Positions 9,799 through 19,514 of a DNA stretch of 64,000 bases are shown piece by piece. The DNA comes from Candidatus Zixiibacteriota bacterium (lineage in GTDB: Bacteria; Zixibacteria; MSB-5A5; GN15; JAAZOE01). The stretch lies in the NCBI GenBank assembly GCA_043819555.1, contig JBDREQ010000020.1, positions 1 through 64,000 on the forward strand, written 5' to 3'. The notes beneath the pieces are model-generated. The model was given only the letters and a program-made list of their open reading frames with translations. It was not told the DNA's origin and ran no database searches. The position numbers and the translations under genes are program-made. Position 1 is the first letter of the stretch, and each line of letters begins with the position of its first letter.

Positions 9799-10872
9799 AT
9801 GAATAATATTATGCAGTTTTTGGAGAATCGTAATTTTAGGTTGTCGGTAATCGGGATAGTTTCGGCTTTAACATTAGGGATTCATTACGGCTGGATTCTT
9901 GAGCCAATTTTTGGAGACGCTCATTGGATTCACGCGGTTCATGGGCGCTTCTGTTATATCCCGATCGTAATTGGTTCGGCTTGGTTTGGTTTGAGAGGCG
10001 GATTATATACGGCGGCGTTAATTTCCGCTCTGGTTTTACCTTTGATATTGTCATCTGATTTAGGGGCCCATGATATGGCGTCAGAGGTTGTAGAGATTAT
10101 TTTTTATTTTGGAATTGCGCTTTTATCCGGCGGATTGACCGAGCGCGAATTGAAAAGCCAAAAGAAGCAAGAGGATATGCGTCTTCAGCTGGAAAAATCA
10201 AAACAATTATCCAGGGTCGGCCAGATCGCGGCCGGAGTTGCCCATGAAATAAAAAATCCGCTGGCTTCAATAAAGGGAGCGGTAGAAATATTGGCCGATG
10301 AAAAAGCCGCTCCTGAAGAAAAGGAAGAATTCCGTCAGATATTATTCAGCGAAATAAGGCGAATGGATGGAACCATTACGGAATTTTTGGCCTTCGCCCG
10401 TCCGCCGCTGCCTAAACTGGAAATACTCAATTTATCGGATACGATACGAGCCAGCGTCAGGCAATTGGAAACCCATTCCTCTCGTGAGCGCATTACCCTG
10501 TTTCAGGATATTCTTGATGAAATTTATATCAAGGGTGATCGGATGAAAATGCATGAGATGGCTTTGAATATTCTTCTCAATGCCCTGCAGGTTTCCAAGC
10601 CGGGTGATACAATCAAAATCACTCTTGAGGAGAGGAAAGGACAATTCGCGCATCTGATTTTTGAGGATAACGGACCGGGCATCAAAGAGGATGATTTGGA
10701 ATATATTTATGAACCATTTTTTACGACCAAATCCAATGGTACCGGGCTAGGACTGGCGATTGTGAAATCGATAATTGAAGGCCATGATGGCCAAATCGAG
10801 ATTTCCAGCGTTCCCGGTCAGGGGACCCGCGTGGAAATTTCTCTGCCGCTGTTGCGGGAGACGGGAATATGA
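9799..10872 (+). CDS. Membrane sensor histidine kinase (NtrB/HydH-like) with His-rich transmembrane sensor
   Basis: H-box AAGVAHEIKNPL, N-box NILLNA, G boxes DNGPGI, PFFTTK, GTGLGL; about 4 N-terminal TM helices. Start uncertain (9799 or 9811). Confidence 0.9.
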   Translation: MNNIMQFLENRNFRLSVIGIVSALTLGIHYGWILEPIFGDAHWIHAVHGRFCYIPIVIGSAWFGLRGGLYTAALISALVLPLILSSDLGAHDMASEVVEIIFYFGIALLSGGLTERELKSQKKQEDMRLQLEKSKQLSRVGQIAAGVAHEIKNPLASIKGAVEILADEKAAPEEKEEFRQILFSEIRRMDGTITEFLAFARPPLPKLEILNLSDTIRASVRQLETHSSRERITLFQDILDEIYIKGDRMKMHEMALNILLNALQVSKPGDTIKITLEERKGQFAHLIFEDNGPGIKEDDLEYIYEPFFTTKSNGTGLGLAIVKSIIEGHDGQIEISSVPGQGTRVEISLPLLRETGI

Positions 10873-12242
10873 GAATTTTATTTGCTGATGATGATAAATC
10901 CGTCCGCCGGGTAATTCAATTTAAATTGGAAAAACAAGGGCATACGGTGATGGCGGTAGAAGATGGGCTAAAGGCTCTGGATGCTCTAAAAAGCCAGCGT
11001 TTTGATTTGCTATTATCAGATATTAGAATGCCGGGGCTGGATGGGTTGCAATTGCTGGGACAAGCCAAAAAAATCCTCCCCGATTTAAAAACAATATTGA
11101 TTACCGCGCACGGCGAAGTCTCCCAGGCGGTTCAGGCGGTCAAGCAGGGGGCGTTTGATTATTTGACGAAACCGTTCGAAGATGATGAGTTATTTGTCGC
11201 GATTGATAAGGCGATGGCATTCGAAAAACTTGAACGGGAAAACCAAAAACTGAAAAATCAGCTCAATAGTGCCCGGAAGGGTTTTGAGCCGGTGGGTATA
11301 TCTAAAGCCTTTCGCGAAATGATGGCTCTTGTGGAAAAAGTCGCGCCATCGGATGCGACAATTTTAATTACCGGGGAATCAGGAACCGGCAAAGAGTTGA
11401 TTGCAAGAAAGATTCATGAAAAAAGCCTCAGGGCGGATGGCGAATTTGTGGCTATCAATTGTGCCGCCATTCCCAAAGACTTACTGGAATCGGAATTATT
11501 CGGCCATGTCCGAGGCGCATTTACCGGCGCAATCAGGGATAAACGGGGCCGCTTTGAAATGGCTGACGGCGGGACAATTTTACTGGATGAAATAGGCGAT
11601 CTGGCAGTGGATCTGCAGGCAAAGCTGTTACGGGTTTTGCAGGAAAGACAGATTGAACCGGTAGGTTCGGAGCACCGGAAAGATATAGACGTTCGAGTCA
11701 TCGCATCGACCAATATAAGTTTAAAGGAACGAGTATTTTCAGGACAGTTTCGAGAAGATTTATTTTATAGATTAAATGTTATCCCAATAAAAGTCCCAAG
11801 TCTTCGCCAGAGAAAGGAAGATATTCAGTTTTTGGCCGAAACGTTTCTAAGCCGCGCCGGAGGTGATAAAAATCTGTCTTTGTCTTATGATTTAATTGAA
11901 CAATTAAAGGCAAATTCATGGCCGGGAAACGTTCGCGAACTTGAAAACATAATCGAACGAATGACGATCCTGAGAAGTTCAGATATCTTAACCCCGAAAG
12001 ATTTGCCCGATAATTTCAATAATGAAGACATTGCAACTCTCGGGAACTATACAGAGGCGGCAGAGGCGCATATAACTTTTCATGAAGCCGAGAAGAATCT
12101 TGTCGTCAACGCCTTAAATAAATGCGGATGGAATCGAACGAGAGCGGCGCAGTATTTGAACATACCTCGGCATGTGCTGATATATCGAATGAAAAAATAT
12201 GAAATCACTCCGACGAACAAAGGAATGGATCGAACGAACTAA
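10869..12242 (+). CDS. Sigma54-dependent response regulator (NtrC/AtoC family)
   Basis: REC (DDD, SDIRMP), AAA+ (GESGTGKE, GAFTGA, LLDEIG, WPGNVRELEN) and a Fis-type HTH. Confidence 0.95.
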   Translation: MRILFADDDKSVRRVIQFKLEKQGHTVMAVEDGLKALDALKSQRFDLLLSDIRMPGLDGLQLLGQAKKILPDLKTILITAHGEVSQAVQAVKQGAFDYLTKPFEDDELFVAIDKAMAFEKLERENQKLKNQLNSARKGFEPVGISKAFREMMALVEKVAPSDATILITGESGTGKELIARKIHEKSLRADGEFVAINCAAIPKDLLESELFGHVRGAFTGAIRDKRGRFEMADGGTILLDEIGDLAVDLQAKLLRVLQERQIEPVGSEHRKDIDVRVIASTNISLKERVFSGQFREDLFYRLNVIPIKVPSLRQRKEDIQFLAETFLSRAGGDKNLSLSYDLIEQLKANSWPGNVRELENIIERMTILRSSDILTPKDLPDNFNNEDIATLGNYTEAAEAHITFHEAEKNLVVNALNKCGWNRTRAAQYLNIPRHVLIYRMKKYEITPTNKGMDRTN

Positions 12243-12355
12243 AATTCTCTAATTCCGTCGATCATTTTTTTTATTAATAGACACCTTTAGACTTGTTACG
12301 CTGATTCAGGAGCACTAAATTAAGACATTAATTATCTTGAATAAGTATTTTTGTT

Positions 12356-13876
12356 ATGCATGAGAGAGAAGATAAATCAAAAAGCAAAAATCCTTCTTTT
12401 GATGATCTATTTTGTCGCGATTTGCCAACCAAGCCGCTGCCTTTTTTGGGGCGGATATTAGTGACTGGCGCATCCGGATATATAGGGGGAAGACTAATAC
12501 CGGAATTAATTGCTCGGGGGTATCGCGTCCGTGCGATGGTCAGGGGAACTGCATCGGTTTACAAAAAAATGTGGCCGGATATTGAAGTTGTGGTTGCCGA
12601 CGCATTATTGCCCGGCACGCTCGAAAAGGCTCTTGAAGGAATAGATACAGCTTTCTACTTAATTCATTCTCTGCATCTCGGCCCCAAGGAATTTGAGGCT
12701 GCCGATATTAAAGCCGCAGCAAATTTCCGTCATGCGGCCGAAGAAAAACGGATCAGAAGGATTATTTATCTGGGGGGACTTGGTGATATCAGCAGTCACT
12801 TGTCATCACATTTGCGTAATCGCATGGAAGTGGCCGAAGAGCTGAGGCAGGGGGCGGTACCGGTAACAATTTTGCGGGCGGCAATAATTATCGGTTCCGG
12901 AAGCGCTTCGTATGAGATTATTGAGCATTTGGTTCGCAGATTAGTGTTTATTCCAGTCCCGAGGTGGGGGCAGAATAATTGCCAACCGATTTCCATCAGG
13001 GATGTCATTAAATATATGGTTGGAGTATTGGAGATCCCTGAATCTGTCGGTTTGAGTTTTTCCATCGGGGGAAAGGAAATTCTGACCTACAAGGAAATGC
13101 TCGGAATTTTCTCGGAGATTTTAAATAAGAGGACAATTTACTTTAATTGCCCGATTTCTTCCATACGCTTTTATGCCTATTTAGCCAGTCAGGTCACGCC
13201 TGTGCCCAATGCCATAACGCAGTGCTTGATGGAAGGACTAAAAGATAAGGTAATTTGCGAGGACATGGTTATTAAGTCGATTTTGCCATTTCAACCGGTA
13301 TCATACCGGCAGGCACTAATTAACGCCATGACACGAGAACAACAGGACCGGGTTTCGACTCGTTGGTCGGATGCGTTTCCTCCTGCCCATGAACTCGCCT
13401 TAAAGCTCCATGAGCTTAAAGGCAAGGAGAAATATAATGCAGAATTCACCATATTCAGCGAAAAGCCGGCCAATTCAGTTTTCAATTCTATTTGCAGGAT
13501 AGGTGGAAAAGAAGGATGGCTTTATAATACTTGGATGTGGCGTTTGAGAGGCGTCGTTGACAGACTGTTAACTGGAGTGGGAACATCAAGGGGAAGAAAA
13601 AGTTATAGCAGTCTGCAAATTAATGATGTAATCGATTTTTGGCGTATTGAAGATATTAAGCCCAACAGAAGATTGCTTTTACGGTCGGAGATGAAAACTT
13701 TGCGTCGGGCCTGGCTTGAATTCTCAGTTAAGGAACGGGGTGGTCGGAGAAAGGTTACTTTAAGGGCTTATTATGATCCCATGTCTATTATGGGCAAATT
13801 ATATTGGTACGTAATATTGCCATTTCATAATCTGATTTTTAAAAATCTATTGTTAGAAATTGATAAAAAAAGCTGA
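12356..13876 (+). CDS. NAD(P)-binding SDR-like protein with DUF2867 C-terminus (YbjT-like)
   Basis: VTGASGYIG, FYLIHS, RAAIIIGSGSASYE; C-terminal IGGKEGW..WRLRG..DFWRIE. Confidence 0.85.
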   Translation: MHEREDKSKSKNPSFDDLFCRDLPTKPLPFLGRILVTGASGYIGGRLIPELIARGYRVRAMVRGTASVYKKMWPDIEVVVADALLPGTLEKALEGIDTAFYLIHSLHLGPKEFEAADIKAAANFRHAAEEKRIRRIIYLGGLGDISSHLSSHLRNRMEVAEELRQGAVPVTILRAAIIIGSGSASYEIIEHLVRRLVFIPVPRWGQNNCQPISIRDVIKYMVGVLEIPESVGLSFSIGGKEILTYKEMLGIFSEILNKRTIYFNCPISSIRFYAYLASQVTPVPNAITQCLMEGLKDKVICEDMVIKSILPFQPVSYRQALINAMTREQQDRVSTRWSDAFPPAHELALKLHELKGKEKYNAEFTIFSEKPANSVFNSICRIGGKEGWLYNTWMWRLRGVVDRLLTGVGTSRGRKSYSSLQINDVIDFWRIEDIKPNRRLLLRSEMKTLRRAWLEFSVKERGGRRKVTLRAYYDPMSIMGKLYWYVILPFHNLIFKNLLLEIDKKS

Positions 13877-13954
13877 TTATGTTTTCTTTGATATGAAATT
13901 TAAGACTAATTTGGGTGACTTTTTCGTGATTTTTGATTATTATCTTTTGATTAT

Positions 13955-15484
13955 ATGAGGCAGGCAAAAATGAACGCTAAAAGAAGACGTCGAACATTAT
14001 TTAGACATCCAATGGCTGCTCTCGGTGGTGCGTTAGTGACGGCCGGCGGGGCGCTGTTTTTAATATTGCTCCTACTCGATTTTACGCAGGGAACAGAAAA
14101 CCCTTACCGGTCGCTTGTGACGTTTGTGATTGTTCCCACAATAATGCTGATCGGTTTAGTACTTTTCTTGTTATCAATCTGGATTCAAGTCCGTAAAGCC
14201 CGTAAGAAAGGTGAGGATGTAAAATTCAATCTGTCAATTGATCCATCCGACCCGGGCTATATGAAAAACCTATGGTTGTTTCTGGGCATTTTTTCGACTT
14301 TAATTATTCTTTTGATTTATAGCGGAACAAGGGCATATGAGGCCACTGACTCAGTCGGATTTTGCGGCGAAACCTGTCATGAAGTGATGGGACCTCAGAA
14401 TGTAACCTATCACAATTCGCCCCATGCCCGAGTCGCTTGTGTCGAGTGCCATATTGGGCCGGGCGCGTCGTTCTGGGTTAAGGCGAAATTTGATGGCATC
14501 CGGCAGTTATTTGCCACCGCCAATAATTCATTTTCGCGGCCGATAGAAACACCGGTCCATAATCTCCGTCCTGCTCAGGAAACCTGTGAAAGTTGTCATT
14601 GGCCGCAACAATTTTATGGCGAAAAAATGGTCACCCATACCTATTACAAGTCGGATGAAGAGAATTCTCCCTGGACCATCAAAATGCTGGTTAAAATCGG
14701 CGGCGGAAATCCGCGTACTGGAAAACTCGAAGGAATTCACTGGCACATGATTGGATCAAATAAGGTTGAATATATTGCCACTGATACCAAGCGTCATGAT
14801 ATTCCTTGGATTCGTCTAATAAAAGATAATGGCGATACGCTGATATATACCGATCCCGATGCCGATCCTATAGATCTTGATGATCCCAATATTGAAGTTC
14901 GCCAATTTGACTGTATGGATTGCCATAACCGCCCCAGCCATTTATTTTTGCCTCCTGCCAAGGCGATCAATCTGGCTCTTTCGGGGGATCGGATTTCTAC
15001 AGATTTGCCATTTGTCAGAGAGGCAGGTCTGAAAATATTAGTAAAAGAGTACATAGATATGAAGGAAGCACGCACGGAAATTTTATTGGGCTTGACCAAA
15101 TATTATGAGGAAAAACATCCGGAAATCGCCAAAAACATGAAACCTGAGATATTTGAAGCTTCCAAGGCATTATTGGAAATATATGAACAAAATTTCTTCC
15201 CGGAGATGAAAACTGATTATAGAGTTCGAGAGAACTACCTAAGTCATTTTGTAAATAATGGCTGTTTTCGCTGTCATGATCGGATCAAGGAAAATGAACG
15301 GGGTGAGAAATTATCATATGCATGCAATACATGTCATTTAATTGTGGCGCAGGGGCCGTCGAGTAATTTGGATGAAATCACAGGCAGTATTATTGGTCTT
15401 GATTTTGAACATCCTGAAGATATCGATGAAGCCTGGAAGGAAATGTTGTGCACTGATTGTCATGACCATGAGTCCGGGTATTAG
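13955..15484 (+). CDS. Membrane-anchored NapC/NirT-family multiheme cytochrome c (6 CXXCH + 1 CX3CH)
   Basis: Three N-terminal TM helices; CGETCH, CVECH, CESCH, CMDCH, CFRCH, CNTCH, CTDCH; SPHARVACVECHIGPG is typical of NapC/NrfH. Confidence 0.88.
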   Translation: MRQAKMNAKRRRRTLFRHPMAALGGALVTAGGALFLILLLLDFTQGTENPYRSLVTFVIVPTIMLIGLVLFLLSIWIQVRKARKKGEDVKFNLSIDPSDPGYMKNLWLFLGIFSTLIILLIYSGTRAYEATDSVGFCGETCHEVMGPQNVTYHNSPHARVACVECHIGPGASFWVKAKFDGIRQLFATANNSFSRPIETPVHNLRPAQETCESCHWPQQFYGEKMVTHTYYKSDEENSPWTIKMLVKIGGGNPRTGKLEGIHWHMIGSNKVEYIATDTKRHDIPWIRLIKDNGDTLIYTDPDADPIDLDDPNIEVRQFDCMDCHNRPSHLFLPPAKAINLALSGDRISTDLPFVREAGLKILVKEYIDMKEARTEILLGLTKYYEEKHPEIAKNMKPEIFEASKALLEIYEQNFFPEMKTDYRVRENYLSHFVNNGCFRCHDRIKENERGEKLSYACNTCHLIVAQGPSSNLDEITGSIIGLDFEHPEDIDEAWKEMLCTDCHDHESGY

Positions 15485-15636
15485 GTTTTTGGCGTCATAA
15501 TTAGGTGTTGAGAATTCTTCACTTTATCCCCCTGAAAAATATTGTGTTTAGGCATGCCTTAAGTAAATCTTGATTTCTCAAGCGATTTGTTCTATTTTAA
15601 GATTCTAATAAATAATTATTTTCATGGAGGGTAGTG

Positions 15637-17220
15637 ATGGCAAAATTCTTCTGTGGGGCCATTTCATTTTTAATTTTGATGTTTATGTTTTTTGGCTGTG
15701 TGATTACAACTTCGGCTCAGGATATTACGCTTTGGGGAAATTTGGAACCTGGACCCTATGCAATAGGCTTTAAATCTTTTGAACGTTATGATTACTCGAG
15801 AGTTTTTCGGGCGAGATTGGATTACTTCGGGAATCCGGTAGAAGGTGAGACGGCTCGTCCGATACAAATCTGCGCTTGGTACCCGGCCAAAACTATGGAT
15901 AATCCAATTACGATGGTTTATGGTGAATATACGTATTCATATCCTGAGAATGATGAATTCTCCGATGTTTTGACCCGATTGCACAACCGCGAAATACGCT
16001 ATATTGTCAATTCAACTCAGCGGCGACCCGATTTTGCACTTGAAATATTGGGTAAGGATTTGAAGGCAGTCCGAGACGCGGAACCCGAAGGAGGATCATT
16101 TCCGCTTATAATATACTGCCCTCACTATGAATCAAGTTATTGCGAAAATGCTGCCCTATGTGAATACCTGGCCAGTAAGGGATTTATTGTGGCCGCCACT
16201 CATCCTTTGGGGCAATATGCGGATACTCCCGAATATAGCCAGATTGGACTCGAAGCAACCGCTCGCGACGCGGAATTTGTACTTGGATCAATGCACGATT
16301 ATCCAAATGTTGACTATGATAAAATAGGGATTTTGGGTTCGGGCGCCGGAGGCGCGACAGCCGTTCTGATCAAACTCAGAAATTCTAACATCAAGACGAT
16401 TGCAACGCTTGCAGGTTCGCTTACTTTTGGAATGTTGCAGGAATTGATTACGGATAATCCGGCCTTTTCCCCGAATAGAATGGACGGTTCACTGATGAAC
16501 CTATATCCGACGACAGCCCATGAGTTAGATTTTTCATTGATTGATTCCTTGATATTTACATCTCGATATTCATACGGCTTTCCATCCAATTCATATGAAG
16601 ATTTCAGTATGGCACGCGCGGTTTTGGGCATGATCAGCGATAGCACAGGACTAATGCATCGACAGAGACTGGATGGTTTTAAAATGGTAGCGACTCATGT
16701 CTATCACTTTTTTAATGCCATGCTAAATGATGAATCTCAAAGCAAGACATTCATCGAAAACACGCCCTTACATAATGGCTATGGTCTTGAATTTGTAACG
16801 CGTGAATTTAAAGCAGCCCTGCCTTTACCACCGACGCAGAATCAATTGATGCAAATATTTACTAACGGCGAGACATTGTCCGGCCTGGATTTATATGATA
16901 AATTTAATTCAGAATACCCGGGAATGTACAACATCCCGATTCAAAATTTCAATATGCTCGGATATCAGCTTCTTGGTGCAGGGCGGATTCCGGAGTCAGT
17001 ACGGATTATGAAAATTGTAGCGGATAATTATCCAAATGTAGCGAACGCATGGGATAGCTATGCCGACGCATGTATGGCAGCAGGCGATACGGTTATGGTG
17101 ATTCAATGCTATAAAAATGTTCTGGAGGTTTTGCCGAATGACAATACCGCCGATGATAATATGAAGCAAACACTAAAAACAATAGCGGAAACTTTTTTAG
17201 GTCAGATAGAAGAAAACTAA
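15637..17220 (+). CDS. Secreted alpha/beta-hydrolase-fold protein with C-terminal TPR-like region
   Basis: Signal peptide; PGPYAIGF, RPIQICAWYP, FPLII, EYLASKGFIVAA; C-terminal NMLGYQLL..YPNVANAWDSYADA. Confidence 0.7.
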   Translation: MAKFFCGAISFLILMFMFFGCVITTSAQDITLWGNLEPGPYAIGFKSFERYDYSRVFRARLDYFGNPVEGETARPIQICAWYPAKTMDNPITMVYGEYTYSYPENDEFSDVLTRLHNREIRYIVNSTQRRPDFALEILGKDLKAVRDAEPEGGSFPLIIYCPHYESSYCENAALCEYLASKGFIVAATHPLGQYADTPEYSQIGLEATARDAEFVLGSMHDYPNVDYDKIGILGSGAGGATAVLIKLRNSNIKTIATLAGSLTFGMLQELITDNPAFSPNRMDGSLMNLYPTTAHELDFSLIDSLIFTSRYSYGFPSNSYEDFSMARAVLGMISDSTGLMHRQRLDGFKMVATHVYHFFNAMLNDESQSKTFIENTPLHNGYGLEFVTREFKAALPLPPTQNQLMQIFTNGETLSGLDLYDKFNSEYPGMYNIPIQNFNMLGYQLLGAGRIPESVRIMKIVADNYPNVANAWDSYADACMAAGDTVMVIQCYKNVLEVLPNDNTADDNMKQTLKTIAETFLGQIEEN

Positions 17221-17246
17221 CATCATTTTGCATGCGGAGGCAGCAG

Positions 17247-18467
17247 ATGGAAAAAACTAAATCAAATTTGTCGCGGCGGAAATTTCTATCGACCGCGGCC
17301 GCAGGACTGGCAGCTACGGGACTAGCCGGGCTGGCCCCTCAGTTATCTCTAGCCCAGGAGGGTAAAAAAACTAAGACGGCGACTCAACCCGAAATAATCT
17401 ATAGAACTTTGGGAAAAACCGGAATGAACTTGCCCATTGTCAGCATGGGAGTTATGATTGCAAATAATCCCGGGCTTCTTCAGGCCGCGTACGAAAAAGG
17501 GATCCGTCTTTTTGATACGGCCGCCGCCTATCAATATGGACAGAATGAGCAAATGGTTGGACGGGTTATCAATAAATTAAAAGTGCGGGAAAAAGTTAAT
17601 ATAGGTACCAAGGTCTATACAGCCGGGCAAAGAGTTGATGATCCCGCTGCCGCCAAAAAGAAATTAATTGAATTATGCGAAGGATGCCTGAAAAGACTTA
17701 GAACCGATTATGTTGATATCCTTTACCTTCACGATATCAGTAATTCTGGAATAGTAAATAATCCGGGGTTGCAGGAAGCGTTTGCCGAATTAAAGGAGAA
17801 GAAAAAAATACTGGCATCGGGGATTTCTACACATGCCAATATGGCCGCAGTCATAAACGATACCGTAGAAGCCGGGTTTTATGATGTCATCCTTACATCA
17901 ATGAATATATCTATGGCCAACAACGGAGATTTAATGACAGCCGTCAAGAATGCTGCAGGAAAGGGAATAGGAATTATTGCCATGAAAACCCAGGCAGGGG
18001 GGGCCCGATTATCGGCGGATCAGATTGCCGGATTTAGCAATAAAACCATTCAAAATGCCCTCTTGCGCTGGGTTATGCGGATGCCTGAAATTACTGCCAG
18101 CATACCGGGTCTTGCCAACTATGATCATCTCAATGATAATTTTGAAATTGCCTATAGCCTGGAATATACGCCCGAAGAGGAAAAGTTGTTGACCGATTCG
18201 AATATTCAGCTGGGCATGGGATTCTGTCATCAATGCCGTAAATGTATGGCTTCGTGCCCGCATAAAGTCGATATCCCGGCTCTGATGCGTATCCATATGT
18301 ATGCGGCTAGTTATGGTGATTTTATACAGGCTCGACAAGTACTGAATGATATTCCACGGGGAAAAAGTCTTGACGCATGCGGTTCTTGCGAGCAATGCTC
18401 CATTGCCTGTGCCAACTCAGTTAAAATCGGAGATAATATTGACCAACTAAAAGTAATCTATGGTTGA
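17247..18467 (+). CDS. Aldo/keto reductase with Tat signal and C-terminal 4Fe-4S dicluster
   Basis: SRRKFL Tat motif; YRTLGKTG, FDTAAAY, LRTDYVDILYLH, IAMK; CHQCRKC..CP and CGSCEQC..C. GGAGG RBS before ATG 17247. Confidence 0.88.
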   Translation: MEKTKSNLSRRKFLSTAAAGLAATGLAGLAPQLSLAQEGKKTKTATQPEIIYRTLGKTGMNLPIVSMGVMIANNPGLLQAAYEKGIRLFDTAAAYQYGQNEQMVGRVINKLKVREKVNIGTKVYTAGQRVDDPAAAKKKLIELCEGCLKRLRTDYVDILYLHDISNSGIVNNPGLQEAFAELKEKKKILASGISTHANMAAVINDTVEAGFYDVILTSMNISMANNGDLMTAVKNAAGKGIGIIAMKTQAGGARLSADQIAGFSNKTIQNALLRWVMRMPEITASIPGLANYDHLNDNFEIAYSLEYTPEEEKLLTDSNIQLGMGFCHQCRKCMASCPHKVDIPALMRIHMYAASYGDFIQARQVLNDIPRGKSLDACGSCEQCSIACANSVKIGDNIDQLKVIYG

Positions 18468-18490
18468 TTTTTATAACTAAAGTCTATCGT

Positions 18491-18518
18491 GGCCGTCTGC
18501 GGAGACGGCCTTTTTTTT
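18491..18518 (+). terminator. Intrinsic terminator
   Basis: ggccgtct-gcgg-agacggcc followed by T8. Confidence 0.85.
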
Positions 18519-18523
18519 GAAAA

Positions 18524-19429
18524 TTAATCTATATTTAACGAAGTCAACCAGGCATTTATGAATTCTGAGTGTTCCGGTTTGTAATCGATCGCACCGACCA
18601 GATAGTTTCCAACGATCCCGGCAATAATTTTGCCATAGAATCCATCTTCATAAACAAATGACTGTTTTGCATCGATGTTAATACTGTTATCTACGGAAAT
18701 TTCTTTCCCTGACGCCTTGATGGCTTCCCGCCATTTTACTAATTTATCTCCCGGAACGGCGGATATGAAAAGCTGTAATATGTCGCTGTTCAAATCGTAA
18801 TTTTGAGTATAAACCATGGTAAGAAAAGTACGGCCCATAAATGATTCCATAATATACTTATCAGTACCTGGAATAATATTATCATTGGGCAGATTCGAAT
18901 ACATGTTTGGCTTTTCAATCGTACCAGGAATGTTTTTGGCGAAATATGCGGTCAAGGCATCAACAGCTGTTTTTGTGTCCTCGGAGGCGTCGTATCCGAT
19001 TACTCTAACCAAAAATTCTCCTTTGACAAAGTCCCTGCTGGATTCTGAACCAAAGCCTTCAACCCCAAGCGGCAAATACTCTTCATCCTCAGGCCGCATA
19101 ACCGAATATAACCCGTACGCTCCAATGCTGTCGGCGAAACGATATATATCGGTTATGATTTCCGCCTGTTTATAAGTATAAGTCGCCGTGGCGACTTCAA
19201 CAAAATCGTATTGATGATATAATTCCGCCCCGCCATTGATATATTCATATAGAGAATCGCCAACAAAAAGGGAAGGGGTGCCCGCTTGATTAATTTTTAT
19301 TTCTGTCAATTTCTCAGGAAATAATCCTGTTGTCGAAGGCGCTTCGGGTTTTATTTCTTTATCGCCGCAGGCGATTAGAGAAATAATCAATATCAGGCAA
19401 GTTCCGGCAAGTAATGTTCGATTATGCAT
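18524..19429 (-). CDS. Lipoprotein, DUF6599-like
   Basis: Lipobox LIAC; conserved LYEYINGGAELY..Y.F and AYGLYS motifs. Confidence 0.6.
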   Translation of the reverse strand: MHNRTLLAGTCLILIISLIACGDKEIKPEAPSTTGLFPEKLTEIKINQAGTPSLFVGDSLYEYINGGAELYHQYDFVEVATATYTYKQAEIITDIYRFADSIGAYGLYSVMRPEDEEYLPLGVEGFGSESSRDFVKGEFLVRVIGYDASEDTKTAVDALTAYFAKNIPGTIEKPNMYSNLPNDNIIPGTDKYIMESFMGRTFLTMVYTQNYDLNSDILQLFISAVPGDKLVKWREAIKASGKEISVDNSINIDAKQSFVYEDGFYGKIIAGIVGNYLVGAIDYKPEHSEFINAWLTSLNID

Positions 19430-19514
19430 AAATTCTCCCTTGGCTAAACAAATCACAAAGGATGTAAATTATATGAATGATTTTGAAAAGAGCAAGTCAA
19501 ATGATGAAAAATAT

